In this document: piece by piece, positions 37,201 to 52,200 of the stretch
Numbering within the stretch: the first letter of the stretch is position 1
How the letters are laid out: each line of letters starts with the position of its first letter
From: Eledone cirrhosa
Lineage: Eukaryota
Assembly (NCBI GenBank): GCA_964016885.1
Contig: OZ024746.1
Location: 99,944,001-100,008,000 of the forward strand
Direction of reading: 5' to 3'
DNA length: 64,000 bases
The notes under the pieces: generated by a model
The model's database searches: none
Seen by the model: the letters and a program-made list of their open reading frames with translations, nothing else
Told to the model about the DNA's origin: nothing
Position numbers and translations under genes: made by a program

Positions 37201-40200
37201 AAAGCAGTGAATTGGCAGTATTGGTAGAGGATTGGATGCCAGGCTAGGGCAGTGAATTGGCAGTATTGGTAGAGGGTTGGATGCCATGCTAGGGCAGTGA
37301 ATTGGCAGTATTGGTAGAGGGTTCGATGCCAGGCTAGGGCAGTGAATTGGCAGTATTGGTAGAGGGTTGGATGCGATGCTAGGTTGGTGAATTGGCAGTA
37401 TTGGTAGAGGGTTGGATGCCAGGCTAGGGTGGTGAATTGGCAGTATTGGAAGAGGGTAGGATGCCAGCTAGGGCAATGAATTGGCAGGATTGGTAGAGGG
37501 TTGGATGCCATGCTAGGGCATTGAATTGGCAGTATTGGTAGAGGGTTGGATGCCATGCTAGGGCAGTGAATTGGCAGGATTGGTAGAGGGTTGGATGCCA
37601 TGCTAGGGCATTGAATTGGCAGTATTGGTAGAGGGTTGGATGCCATGCTAGGGCAGTGAATTGGCAGTATTGGTAGAGGGTTGGATGTCATGCTAGGGCA
37701 GTGAATTGGCGCAGTATTGGTAGAGGGTTGGATGCCAGCTAGGGAAGTGAATTGGCAGTATTGGTAGAGGGTAGGATGTCAGCTAGGGCAGTGAATTGGC
37801 AGTATTGGTAGAGGGTTGGATGCCATGCTAGGGCAGTGAATTGGCAGTATTGGTAGAGGGTTGGATGTCATGCTAGGGCAGTGAATTGGCGCAGTATTGG
37901 TAGAGGGTTGGATGCCGGCTAGGGAAGTGAATTGGCAGTATTGGTAGAGGGTAGGATGTCAGCTAGGGCAGTGAATTGGCAGTATTGGTAGAGAGTTGGA
38001 TGCCATGCTAGGGCAGTGAATTGGCAGTATTGGTAGAGGGTTGGATGTCAGCTAGGGCAGTGAATTGGCAGGATTGGTAGAAGGTTGGATGTCATGCTAG
38101 GGCAGTGAAATGGCAGTATTGGTAGAGGGTTGGATGTCATGCTAGGGCAGTGAATTGGCAGTATTGGTAGAGGGTTGGATGCCATGCTAGGGCAGTGAAT
38201 TGGCAGTATTGGTAGAGGGTAGGATGTCAGCTAGTCTAGGGCAGTGAATTGGCAGTATTGGTAGAGGGATGGATGCCATGCTAGGGCAGTGAATTGGCAG
38301 TATTGGTAGAGGGTTGGATGTCATGTTAGGGCAGTGAATTGGCAGTATTGGTAGAGGGTTGGATGCCAGGCTAGAGCAGTGAATTGGCAGTATTGGTAGA
38401 GGATTGGATTCCAGGCTAGGGCCGTGAATTGGCAGTATTGGTAGAGGGATGGATGCCATGCTAGGGCAGTGAATTGGCAGTATTGGTAGAGGGTTCGATG
38501 CCAGGCTAGGGCAGTGAATTGGCAGTATTGGTAGAGGGTTGGATGCCATGCTAGGTTGGTGAATTGGCAGTATTGGTAGAGGGTTGGATGCCAGGCTAGG
38601 GTGGTGAATTGGCAGTATTGGAAGAGTGTAGGATGCCAGCTAGGGCAGTGAATTGGCAGGATTGGTAGAGGGTTGGATGCCATGCTAGGGCATTGAATTG
38701 GCAGTATTGGTAGAGGGTTGGATGCCATGCTAGGGCAGTGAATTGGCAGTGTTGGTAGAGGGTTGGATGTCATGCTAGGGCAGTGAATTGGCGCAGTATT
38801 GGTAGAGGGTTAGATGCCAGCTAGGGCAGTGAATTGGCAGTATTGGTAGAGGGTGGAGGCCAGGCTAGGGCAGTGAATTGGCAGTATTGGAAGAGGGTAG
38901 GGTGCCAGCTAGGGCAGTGAATTGGCAGTATTGGTAAAGGGTTGGATGTCATGCTCGGGCAGTGAATTGGCAGTATTGGTAGAGGGATGGATGCCATGCT
39001 AGGGCAGTGAATTGGCAGTATTGGTAGAGGGTTGGATGTCATGTTAGGGCAGTGAATTGGTAGTATTGGTAGAGGGTTGGATGCCAGGCTAGAGCAGTGA
39101 ATTGGCAGTATTGGTAGAGGATTGGATGCCAGGCTAGGGCAGTGAATTGGCAGTATTGGTAGAGGGTTGGATGCCATGCTAGGGCAGTGAATTGGCAGTA
39201 TTGGTAGAGGGTTCGATGCCATGCTAGGGCATTGAATTGGCAGTATTGGTAGAGGGTTGGATGCCATGCTAGGGCAGTGAATTGGCAGGATTGGTAGAGG
39301 GTTGGATGCCATGCTAGGGCATTGAATTGGCAGTATTGGTAGAGGGTTGGATGCCATGCTAGGGCAGTGAATTGGCAGTATTGGTAGAGGGTTGGATGTC
39401 ATGCTAGGGCAGTGAATTGGCGCAGTATTGGTAGAGGGTTGGATGCCAGCTAGGGAAGTGAATTGGCAGTATTGGTAGAGGGTAGGATGTCAGCTAGGGC
39501 AGTGAATTGGCAGTATTGGTAGAGAGTTGGATGCCATGCTAGGGCAGTGAATTGGCAGTATTGGTAGAGGGTTGGATGTCAGCTAGGGCAGTGAATTGGC
39601 GGGATTGGTAGAAGGTTGGATGTCATGCTAGGGCAGTGAAATGGCAGTATTGGTAGAGGGTTGGATGTCATGCTAGTGCAGTGAATTGGCAGTATTGGTA
39701 GCGGGTTGGATGCCACGCTAGGGCAGTGAATTGACAGTATTGGTAGAGGGTTGGATGCCATGCTAGGGCAGTGAATTGGCAGTATTGGTAGAGGGTAGGA
39801 TGTCAGCTAGGCTAGGGCAGTGAATTGGCAGTATTGGTAGAGGGTTGGATGCCAGGTTAGTGCAGTGAATTGGCAGTATTGGTAGAGGGTTGTATGTCAT
39901 GCTAGGGCAGTGAATTGACAGTATTGGTAGAGGGTTGGATGCCATGCTAGGGCAGTGAATTGGCAGTATTGGTAGAGGGTAGGATGTCAGCTAGGCTAGG
40001 GCAGTGAATTGGCAGTATTGGTAGAGGGTTGTATGCCAGGTTAGTGCAGTGAATTGGCAGTATTGGTAGAGGGTTGTATGTCATGCTAGGGCAGTGAATT
40101 GGCAGTATTGGTAGAGGGTTGGATGCCAGGCTAGGGCAATGAGTTGGCAGTATTGGTAGAGGGTTGGGTGCCAGGCTAGGGCAGTGAATTGGCAGTATTG

Positions 40201-43200
40201 GTAGAGGGTTGGATGCCATGCTAGGGCAGTGATTTGAGAGTATTGGTAGAGGGTTGGATGCCATGCTAGGGCAGTGAATTGGCAGTATTGGTAGAGGGTT
40301 GGATGCCAGGTTAGGGCAGTGAATTGGCAGTATTGGTAGAGGGTTGGATGCCATGCTAGGGCAGTGAATTGGCAGTATTGGTAGAGGGTTGGATGCCAGG
40401 CTAGGGCAGTGAATTGGCAGTATTGGAAGAGGGTAGGATGCCAGCTAGGGCAGTGAATTGGCAGTATTGTTAAAGGGTTGGATGTCATGCTCGGGCAGTG
40501 AATTGGCAGTATTGGTAGAGGGTTGGATGCCATGCTAGGGCAGTGAATTGGCAGTATTGGTAGAGGGTAGGATGTCAGCTAGGCTAGGGCAGTGAATTGG
40601 CAGTATTGGTAGAGGGATGGATGCCATGCTAGGGCAATGAATTGGCAGTATCGGTAGAGGGTTGGATGTCATGTTAGGGCAGTGAATTGGCAGTATTGGT
40701 AGAGGGTTGGATGCCAGGCTAGAGCAGTTAATTGGTAGTATTGGTAGAGGATTGGATGCCAGGCTAGGGCAGTGAATTGGCAGTATTGGTAGAGGGATGG
40801 ATGCCATGCTAGGGCAGTGAATTGGCAGTATTGGTAGAGGGTTCGATGCCAGGCTAGGGCAGTGAATTGGCAGTATTGGTAGAGGGTTGGATGCCATGCT
40901 AGGTTGGTGAATTGGCAGTATTGGTAGAGGGTTGGATGCCAGGCTAGGGTGGTGAATTGGCAGTATTGGAAGAGTGTAGGATGCCAGCTAGGGCAGTGAA
41001 TTGGCAGGATTGGTAGAGGGTTGGATGCCATGCTAGGGCATTGAATTGGCAGTATTGGTAGAGGGTTGGATGCCATGCTAGGGCAGTGAATTGGCAGTAT
41101 TGGTAGAGGGTTGGATGTCATGCTAGGGCAGTGAATTGGCGCAGTATTGGTAGAGGGTTGGATGCCAGCTAGGGCAGTGAATTGGCAGTATTGGTAGAGG
41201 GTAGGATGTCAGCTAGGGCAGTGAATTGGCAGTATTGGTAGAGAGTTGGATGTCATGCTATGGAAGTGAAATGGCAGTATTGGTAGAGGGTTGGATGTCA
41301 TGCTAGGGCAGTGAATTGGCAGTATTGGTAGAGGGTTGGATGCCATGCTAGGGCAGTGAATTGATAGTATTGGTAGAGGGTTGGATGCCATGCTAGGGCA
41401 GTGAATTGGCAGTATTGGTAGAGGGTTGGATGCCAGGTTAGTGCAGTGAATTGGCAGTATTGGTAGAGGGTTGGATGCCAGGTTAGGCCAGTGAATTGGC
41501 AGTATTGGTAGAGGGTAGGATGTCATGCTAGGGCAGTGAATTGGCAGTATTGGTAGAGGGTTGTATGTCATGCTAGGGCAATGAATTGGCAGTATTGGTA
41601 GAGAGTTGGATGCCAGGCTAGGGCAATGAGTTGGCAGTATTGGTAGAGGGTTCGATGTCATGCTAGTGTGGTGAATTGGCAGTATTGGTAGAGGGTTGGA
41701 TGCCATGCTAGGGCAGTGAATTGGCAGTATTGGTAGAGGGTTGGATGCCAGGCTAGGGCAGTGAATTGGCAGTATTGGTAGAGGGTTGGATGCCAGCTAG
41801 GGCAGTGAATTGGCAGTATTGGTAGAGGGTTGGGTGCCAGGCTAGGGCAGTGAATTGGCAGTATTGGTAAAGGGTTGGGTGCCAGGTTAGGGCAGTGAAT
41901 TGGCAGTATTGGTAGAGGGTTGGATACCATTCTAGGGCAGTGAATTGGCAGTATTGGTAGAGGGCTGGATGCCAGCTAGGGCAGTGAATTGGCAGTATTG
42001 GTAGTGGGTTGGATGTCATGCTAGGGCAGTGAATTGGCAGGATTGGTAGAGGGTTGGATGCCAGTCTAGGGCAGTGAATTGGCAGAATTGGTAGAGGGTT
42101 GGATGTCATGCTAGGGCAGTGAATTGGCAGGATTGTTATAGGGTTGGATGTCATGCTAGCGCAGTGAATTGGCACTATTGGTAGAGGGTTGGATGCCATG
42201 CTAGGGCAGTGAATTGGCAGTATTGGTAGAGGGTTGGATGCCAGGCTAGGGCAGTGAATTGGCAGTATTGGTAGAGGGTAGGATGTCAGCTAGGCTAGGG
42301 CAGTGAATTGGCAGTATTGGTAGAGGGTTGGATGTCATGCTAGTGCAGTGAATTGGCAGTATTGGTAGCGGGTTGGATGCCACGCTAGGGCAGTGAATTG
42401 ACAGTATTGGTAGAGGGTTGGATGCCATGCTAGGGCAGTGAATTGGCAGTATTGGTAGAGGGTAGGATGTCAGCTAGGCTAGGGCAGTGAATTGGCAGTA
42501 TTGGTAGAGGGTTGGATGCCAGGTTAGTGCAGTGAATTGGCAGTATTGGTAGAGGGTTGTATGTCATGCTAGGGCAGTGAATTGGCAGTATTGGTAGAAG
42601 GTTGGATGCCATGCTAGGGCAGTGAATTGGCAGTATTGGTAGAGGGTAGGATGTCAGCTAGGCTAGGGCAGTGAATTGGCAGTATTGGTAGAGGGTTGGA
42701 TGCCAGGTTAGTGCAGTGAATTGGCAGTATTGGTAGAGGGTTGTATGTCATGCTAGGGCAGTGAATTGGCAGTATTGGTAGAGGGTTGGATGCCAGGCTA
42801 GGGCAATGAGTTGGCAGTATTGGTAGAGGGTTGGGTGCCAGGCTAGGGCAGTGAATTGGCAGTATTGGTAGAGGGTTGGATGCCATGCTAGGGCAGTGAA
42901 TTGAGAGTATTGGTAGAGGGTTGGATGCCATGCTAGGGCAGTGAATTGGCAGTATTGGTAGAGGGTTGGATGCCAGGTTAGGGCAGTGAATTGGCAGTAT
43001 TGGTAGAGGGTTGGATGCCATGCTAGGGCAGTGAATTGGCAGTATTGGTAGAGGGTTGGATGCCAGGCTAGGGCAGTGAATTGGCAGTATTGGAAGAGGG
43101 TAGGATGCCAGCTAGGGCAGTGAATTGGCAGTATTGTTAAAGGGTTGGATGTCATGCTCGGGCAGTGAATTGGCAGTATTGGTAGAGGGTTGGATGCCAT

Positions 43201-46200
43201 GCTAGGGCAGTGAATTGGCAGTATTGGTAGAGGGTAGGATGTCAGCTAGGCTAGGGCAGTGAATTGGCAGTATTGGTAGAGGGATGGATGCCAGGCTAGA
43301 GCAGTTAATTGGTAGTATTGGTAGAGGATTGGATGCCAGGCTAGGGCAGTGAATTGGCAGTATTGGTAGAGGGATGGATGCCATGCTATGGCAGTGAATT
43401 GGCAGTATTGGTAGAGGGTTCGATGCCAGGCTAGGGCAGTGAATTGGCAGTATTGGTAGAGGGTTGGATGCCATGCTAGGTTGGTGAATTGGCAGTATTG
43501 GTAGAGGGTTGGATGCCAGGCTAGGGTGGTGAATTGGCAGTATTGGAAGAGTGTAGGATGCCAGCTAGGGCAGTGAATTGGCAGGATTGGTAGAGGGTTG
43601 GATGCCATGCTAGGGCATTGAATTGGCAGTATTGGTAGAGGGTTGGATGCCATGCTAGGGCAGTGAATTGGCAGTATTGGTAGAGGGTTGGATGTCATGC
43701 TAGGGCAGTGAATTGGCGCAGTATTGGTAGAGGGTTGGATGCCAGCTAGGGCAGTGAATTGGCAGTATTGGTAGAGGGTAGGATGTCAGCTAGGGCAGTG
43801 AATTGGCAGTATTGGTAGAGAGTTGGATGTCATGCTATGGAAGTGAAATGGCAGTATTGGTAGAGGGTTGGATGTCATGCTAGGGCAGTGAATTGGCAGT
43901 ATTGGTAGAGGGTTGGATGCCATGCTAGGGCAGTGAATTGATAGTATTGGTAGAGGGTTGGATGCCATGCTAGGGCAGTGAATTGGCAGTATTGGTAGAG
44001 GGTTGGATGCCAGGTTAGTGCAGTGAATTGGCAGTATTGGTAGAGGGTTGGATGCCAGGTTAGGCCAGTGAATTGGCAGTATTGGTAGAGGGTAGGATGT
44101 CATGCTAGGGCAGTGAATTGGCAGTATTGGTAGAGGGTTGTATGTCATGCTAGGGCAATGAATTGGCAGTATTGGTAGAGAGTTGGATGCCAGGCTAGGG
44201 CAATGAGTTGGCAGTATTGGTAGAGGGGTGGATGCCATGCTAGGGCAGTGAATTGGCAGTATTGGTAGAGGGTTCGATGTCATGCTAGTGTGGTGAATTG
44301 GCAGTATTGGTAGAGGGTTGGATGCCATGCTAGGGCAGTGAATTGGCAGTATTGGTAGAGGGTTGGATGCCAGGCTAGGGCAGTGAATTGGCAGTATTGG
44401 TAGAGGGTTGGATGCCAGCTAGGGCAGTGAATTGGCAGTATTGGTAGAGGGTTGGGTGCCAGGCTAGGGCAGTGAATTGGCAGTATTGGTAAAGGGTTGG
44501 GTGCCAGGTTAGGGCAGTGAATTGGCAGTATTGGTAGAGGGTTGGATACCATTCTAGGGCAGTGAATTGGCAGTATTGGTAGAGGGCTGGATGCCAGCTA
44601 GGGCAGTGAATTGGCAGTATTGGTAGTTGGTTGGATGTCATGCTAGGGCAGTGAATTGGCAGGATTGGTAGAGGGTTGGATGCCAGTCTAGGGCAGTGAA
44701 TTGGCAGAATTGGTAGAGGGTTGGATGTCATGCTAGGGCAGTGAATTGGCAGGATTGTTATAGGGTTGGATGTCATGCTAGCGCAGTGAATTGGCACTAT
44801 TGGTAGAGGGTTGGATGCCATGCTAGGGCAGTGAATTGGCAGTATTGGTAGAGGGTTGGATGCCAGGCTAGGGCAGTGAATTGGCAGTATTGGTAGAGGG
44901 CTGGATGCCAGCTAGGGCAGTGAATTGGCAGTATTGTTAGAGGGTTGGATGCCAGGCTAGCGCAGTGAATTGGCAGTATTGGTAGAGGGTTGGATGCCAG
45001 CTAGGGCAGTGAATTGGCAGGATTGGTAGAGGGTTAGATGCCAGGCTAGCGCAGTGAATTGGCAGTATTGGTAGAGGGTTGGATGCCAGGCTAGCGCAGT
45101 GAATTGGCAGTATGGTAGAGGGTTGGGTGCCAGGTTAGGGCAGTGAATTGGCAGTATTGGTAGAGGGCTGGATGCCAGCTAGGGCAGTGAATTGGCAGTA
45201 TTGGTAGAAGTGTGCATGCCAGGCTAGGGCAGTGAATTGGCAGGATTGGTAGAGGGTTGGATGCCAGTCTAGGGCAGTGAATTGGCAGAATTGGTAGAGG
45301 GTTGGATGTCATGCTAGGGCAGTGAATTGGCAGTATTGGTAGAGGGTTGGATGTCATGCTAGGGCAGTGAATTGGCAGTAAAGGTAGAGGGTTGGATGCC
45401 ATGCTAGGGCAGTGAATTGGCAGTATTGGTAGAGGGTTGGATGCCAGGCTAGGGCAGTGAATTGGCAGTATTGGTAGAGGGCTGGATGCCAGCTAGGGCA
45501 GTGAATTAGCAGTATTGGTAGAGGGTTGGATGCCAGGCTAGGGCAGTGAATTGGCAGTATTGGTAGAGGGTTGGATGCCAGGCTAAGGCAGTGAATTGGC
45601 AGTATTGGTAGAGGGTTGGATGTCATGCTAGGGCAGTGAATTGGCAGTATTGGTAGAGGGTTGGATGCCAGGCTAGGGCAGTGGATTGGCAGTATTGGTA
45701 GAGGGTTGGATGCCATGCTAGAGCAGTGAATTGGCAGAATTGGTAGAGGGTTGGATGCCAGGCTAGGGCAGTGAATTGGCAGTATTGGTAGAGGGTTGGA
45801 TGCCAGGTTAGGGCAGTGAATTGGCAGTATTGGTAGAGGGTTGGATGCCATGCTAGAGCAGTGAATTGGCAGTATTGGTAGAGGGTTGGACGCCAGGCTA
45901 GGGCAGTGAATTGGTAGTATTGGAAGAGGGTTGGATGCCAGGTTAGGGCAGTGAATTGGCAGTATTGGTAGAGGGTTGGATGCCATGCTAGAGCAGTGAA
46001 TTGGCAGTATTGGTAGAGGGTTGGATGCCAGGCTAGGGCAGTGAATTGGCAGTATTGGTAGAGGGTTAGATGCCAGGCTAGGGTGGTGAATTGGCAGTAT
46101 TGGTAGAGGTTTGGATGCCATGCTAGGGCAGTGAATTAGCAGTATTGGTAGAGGGTTGGATGCCATGCTAGTGCAGTGAATTGGCAGTATTGGTAGAGGG

Positions 46201-49200
46201 TTGGATGCCATGCTAGGGCAGTGAATTGGCAGTATTGCTAGAGGGTTGGATACCATTTTAGGGCAGTGAATTGGCAGTATTAGTAGAGGGCTGAATGCCA
46301 GCTAGGGCAGTGAATTGGCAGTATTTGTAGAAGTTGCATGCCAGGCTAGGGCAGTGAATTGGCAGGATTGGTAGAGGGTTGGATGCCAGTCTAGGGCATT
46401 GAATTGGCAGTATTGGTAGATGTGTGCATGCCAGGCTAGGGCAGTGAATTGGCAGGATTGGTAGAGGGTTGGATGTCATGCTAGGGCAGTGAATTGGCAG
46501 TATTGGTAGAGGGTTGGATGCCAGGCTAGGGCAGTGAATTGGCAGTATTGGTAGAGGGCTGGATGCCAGCTAGGGCAGTGAATTGGCAGCATTGGTAGAG
46601 GGTTGGATGCCAGGCTAGGGCAGTGAATTGGCAGTATTGGTAGAGGGTTGGATGCCAGGCTAGGGCAGTGAATTGGCAGTATTGGTAGAGGGTCGGATGC
46701 CAGGCTCGGGCAGTGAATTGGCAGTATTGGTAGAGGGTTGGATTCCAGGCCAGGGTGGTGAATTGGCAGTATTGGAAGAGGGTAGGATGCCAGCTAGGGC
46801 AGTGAATTGGCAGGAATTGTAGCGGGTTGGATGCCATTCTAGGGCAGTGAATTGGCAGTATTGGTAGAGGGTTGGACGCCAGGCTAGGGCAGTGAATTGG
46901 CAGTATGGGAAGAGGGTTGGATGCCAGGCTAGGGCAGTGAATTGGCAGTATTGGTAGAGGGTTGGATGCCATGCTTGGGCAGTGAATTGGCAGTATTGGT
47001 AGAGGGTTGGATGCCATGCTAGGGCAGTGAATTGGCAGTATTGGTAGAGGGTTGGATGTCATGCTAGGGCAGTGAATTGGCAGTATTGGTAGAGGGTTGG
47101 ATGCCAGGCTAGGGCAGTGAATTGGCAGTATTGGAAGAGGGTTGGATGCCAGGCTAGGGCAGTGAATTGGCAGGATTGGTAGAGGGTTGGATGCCAGCTA
47201 GGGCAGTGAATTTGCAGTATTGGTAGAGGGCTGGGGGCCAGGCTAGAGCAGTGAATTGTCAGTTTTGGTAGAGGGTTGGGTGCCAGGTTAGGGCAGTGAA
47301 TAGGCAGTATTGGTAGAGAGTTGGATACCATTTTAGGGCAGTGAATTGGCAGTATTGGTAGAGGGTTGGATACCATTTTAGGGCAGTGAATTGGCAGTAT
47401 TAGTAGAGGGCTGGATGCCAGCTAGGGCAGTGTATTGGCAGTATTGGTAGAAGTTGCATGCCAGACTAGGGCAGTGAATTGGCAGGATTGGTAGAGGGTT
47501 GGATGCCAGTCTAGGGCATTGAATTGGCAGTATTGGTAGAAGTGTGCATGCCAGGCTAGGGCATGAATTGGCAGGATTGGTAGAGGGTTGGATGTCATGC
47601 TAGGGCAGTGAATTGGCAGTATTGGTAGAGGGTTGGATGCCAGGCTAGGCCAGTGAATTGGCAGTATTGGTAGAGGGCTGGATGCCAGCTAGGGCAGTGA
47701 ATTAGCAGCATTGGTAGAGGGTTGGATGCCAGGCTAGGGCAGTGAATTGGCAGTATTGGTAGAGGGTTGGATGCCAGGCTAGGGCAGTGAATTGGCAGTA
47801 TTGGTAGAGGGTCATATGCCAGGCTCGGGCAGTGAATTGCAGTATTGGTAGAGGGTTGGATGCCAGGCCAGGGTGGTGAATTGGCAGTATTGGAAGAGGG
47901 TAGGATGCCAGCTAGGGCAGTGAATTGGCAGGAATGGTAGAGGGTTGGATGCCATGCTAGGGCAGTGAATTGGCAGTATTGGTAGAGGGTTGGACGCCAG
48001 GCTAGGGCAGTGAATTGGTAGTATTGGAAGAGGGTTGGATGCCAGGTTAGGGCAGTGAATTGGCAGTATTGGTAGAGGGTTGGATGCCATGCTAGAGCAG
48101 TGAATTGGCAGTATTGGTAGAGGGTTGGATGCCAGGCTAGAGCAGTTAATTGGTAGTATTGGTAGAGGATTGGATGCCAGGCTAGGGCAGTGAATTGGCA
48201 GTATTGGTAGAGGGATGGATGCCATGCTAGGGCAGTGAATTGGCAGTATTGGTAGAGGGATGGATGCCATGCTAGGGCAGTGAATTGGCAGTATCGGTAG
48301 AGGGTTGGATGTCATGTTAGGGAAGTGAATTGGCAGTATTGGTAGAGGGTTGGATGCCAGGCTAGAGCAGTTAATTGGTAGTATTGGTAGAGGATTGGAT
48401 GCCAGGCTAGGGCAGTGAATTGGCAGTATTGGTAGAGGGATGGATGCCATGCTAGGGCAGTGAATTTGCAGTATTGGTAGAGGGTTCGATGCCAGGCTAG
48501 GGCAGTGAATTGGCAGTATTGGTAGAGGGTTGGATGCCATGCTAGGTTGGTGAATTGGCAGTATTGGTAGAGGGTTGGATGCCAGGCTAGGGTGGTGAAT
48601 TGGCAGTATTGGAAGAGTGTAGGATGCCAGCTAGGGCAGTGAATTGGCAGGATTGGTAGAGGGTTGGATGCCATGCTAGGGCATTGAATTGGCAGTATTG
48701 GTAGAGGGTTGGATGCCATGCTAGGGCAGTGAATTGGCAGTATTGGTAGAGGGTTGGATGTCATGCTAGGGCAGTGAATTGGCGCAGTATTGGTAGAGGG
48801 TTGGATGCCAGCTAGGGCAGTGAATTGGCAGTATTGGTAGAGGGTAGGATGTCAGCTAGGGCAGTGAATTGGCAGTATTGGTAGAGAGTTGGATGTCATG
48901 CTATGGAAGTGAAATGGCAGTATTGGTAGAGGGTTGGATGTCATGCTAGGGCAGTGAATTGGCAGTATTGGTAGAGGGTTGGATGCCATGCTAGGGCAGT
49001 GAATTGATAGTATTGGTAGAGGGTTGGATGCCATGCTAGGGCAGTGAATTGGCAGTATTGGTAGAGGGTTGGATGCCAGGTTAGTGCAGTGAATTGGCAG
49101 TATTGGTAGAGGGTTGGATGCCAGGTTAGGCCAGTGAATTGGCAGTATTGGTAGAGGGTAGGATGTCATGCTAGGGCAGTGAATTGGCAGTATTGGTAGA

Positions 49201-52200
49201 GGGTTGTATGTCATGCTAGGGCAATGAATTGGCAGTATTGGTAGAGAGTTGGATGCCAGGCTAGGGCAATGAGTTGGCAGTATTGGTAGAGGGTTGGATG
49301 CCATGCTAGGGCAGTGAATTGGCAGTATTGGTAGAGGGTTCGATGTCATGCTAGTGTGGTGAATTGGCAGTATTGGTAGAGGGTTGGATGCCATGCTAGG
49401 GCAGTGAATTGGCAGTATTGGTAGAGGGTTGGATGCCAGGCTAGGGCAGTGAATTGGCAGTATTGGTAGAGGGTTGGATGCCAGCTAGGGCAGTGAATTG
49501 GCAGTATTGGTAGAGGGTTGGGTGCCAGGCTAGGGCAGTGAATTGGCAGTATTGGTAAAGGGTTGGGTGCCAGGTTAGGGCAGTGAATTGGCAGTATTGG
49601 TAGAGGGTTGGATACCATTCTAGGGCAGTGAATTGGCAGTATTGGTAGAGGGCTGGATGCCAGCTAGGGCAGTGAATTGGCAGTATTGGTAGTGGGTTGG
49701 ATGTCATGCTAGGGCAGTGAATTGGCAGGATTGGTAGAGGGTTGGATGCCAGTCTAGGGCAGTGAATTGGCAGAATTGGTAGAGGGTTGGATGTCATGCT
49801 AGGGCAGTGAATTGGCAGGATTGTTATAGGGTTGGATGTCATGCTAGCGCAGTGAATTGGCACTATTGGTAGAGGGTTGGATGCCATGCTAGGGCAGTGA
49901 ATTGGCAGTATTGGTAGAGGGTTGGATGCCAGGCTAGGGCAGTGAATTGGCAGTATTGGTAGAGGGCTGGATGCCAGCTAGGGCAGTGAATTGGCAGTAT
50001 TGTTAGAGGGTTGGATGCCAGGCTAGCGCAGTGAATTGGCAGTATTGGTAGAGGGTTGGATGCCAGCTAGGGCAGTGAATTGGCAGGATTGGTAGAGGGT
50101 TAGATGCCAGGCTAGCGCAGTGAATTGGCAGTATTGGTAGAGGGTTGGATGCCAGGCTAGCGCAGTGAATTGGCAGTATGGTAGAGGGTTGGGTGCCAGG
50201 TTAGGGCAGTGAATTGGCAGTATTGGTAGAGGGCTGGATGCCAGCTAGGGCAGTGAATTGGCAGTATTGGTAGAAGTGTGCATGCCAGGCTAGGGCAGTG
50301 AATTGGCAGGATTGGTAGAGGGTTGGATGCCAGTCTAGGGCAGTGAATTGGCAGAATTGGTAGAGGGTTGGATGTCATGCTAGGGCAGTGAATTGGCAGT
50401 ATTGGTAGAGGGTTGGATGTCATGCTAGGGCAGTGAATTGGCAGTAAAGGTAGAGGGTTGGATGCCATGCTAGGGCAGTGAATTGGCAGTATTGGTAGAG
50501 GGTTGGATGCCAGGCTAGGGCAGTGAATTGGCAGTATTGGTAGAGGGCTGGATGCCAGCTAGGGCAGTGAATTAGCAGTATTGGTAGAGGGTTGGATGCC
50601 AGGCTAGGGCAGTGAATTGGCAGTATTGGTAGAGGGTTGGATGCCAGGCTAAGGCAGTGAATTGGCAGTATTGGTAGAGGGTTGGATGTCATGCTAGGGC
50701 AGTGAATTGGCAGTATTGGTAGAGGGTTGGATGCCAGGCTAGGGCAGTGGATTGGCAGTATTGGTAGAGGGTTGGATGCCATGCTAGAGCAGTGAATTGG
50801 CAGAATTGGTAGAGGGTTGGATGCCAGGCTAGGGCAGTGAATTGGCAGTATTGGTAGAGGGTTGGATGCCAGGTTAGGGCAGTGAATTGGCAGTATTGGT
50901 AGAGGGTTGGATGCCATGCTAGAGCAGTGAATTGGCAGTATTGGTAGAGGGTTGGACGCCAGGCTAGGGCAGTGAATTGGTAGTATTGGAAGAGGGTTGG
51001 ATGCCAGGTTAGGGCAGTGAATTGGCAGTATTGGTAGAGGGTTGGATGCCATGCTAGAGCAGTGAATTGGCAGTATTGGTAGAGGGTTGGATGCCAGGCT
51101 AGGGCAGTGAATTGGCAGTATTGGTAGAGGGTTAGATGCCAGGCTAGGGTGGTGAATTGGCAGTATTGGTAGAGGTTTGGATGCCATGCTAGTGCAGTGA
51201 ATTGGCAGTATTGGTAGAGGGTTGGATGCCATGCTAGGGCAGTGAATTGGCAGTATTGCTAGAGGGTTGGATACCATTTTAGGGCAGTGAATTGGCAGTA
51301 TTAGTAGAGGGCTGAATGCCAGCTAGGGCAGTGAATTGGCAGTATTTGTAGAAGTTGCATGCCAGGCTAGGGCAGTGAATTGGCAGGATTGGTAGAGGGT
51401 TGGATGCCAGTCTAGGGCATTGAATTGGCAGTATTGGTAGAAGTGTGCATGCCAGGCTAGGGCAGTGAATTGGCAGGATTGGTAGAGGGTTGGATGTCAT
51501 GCTAGGGCAGTGAATTGGCAGTATTGGTAGAGGGTTGGATGCCAGGCTAGGGCAGTGAATTGGCAGTATTGGTAGAGGGCTGGATGCCAGCTAGGGCAGT
51601 GAATTGGCAGCATTGGTAGAGGGTTGGATGCCAGGCTAGGGCAGTGAATTGGCAGTATTGGTAGAGGGTTGGATGCCAGGCTAGGGCAGTGAATTGGCAG
51701 TATTGGTAGAGGGTCGGATGCCAGGCTCGGGCAGTGAATTGGCAGTATTGGTAGAGGGTTGGATTCCAGGCCAGGGTGGTGAATTGGCAGTATTGGAAGA
51801 GGGTAGGATGCCAGCTAGGGCAGTGAATTGGCAGGAATGGTAGCGGGTTGGATGCCATTCTAGGGCAGTGAATTGGCAGTATTGGTAGAGGGTTGGACGC
51901 CAGGCTAGGGCAGTGAATTGGCAGTATGGGAAGAGGGTTGGATGCCAGGCTAGGGCAGTGAATTGGCAGTATTGGTAGAGGGTTGGATGCCATGCTTGGG
52001 CAGTGAATTGGCAGTATTGGTAGAGGGTTGGATGCCATGCTAGGGCAGTGAATTGGCAGTATTGGTAGAAGGTTGGATGTCATGCTAGGGCAGTGAATTG
52101 GCAGTATTGGTAGAGGGTTGGATGCCAGGCTAGGGCAGTGAATTGGCAGTATTGGAAGAGGGTTGGATGCCAGGCTAGGGCAGTGAATTGGCAGGATTGG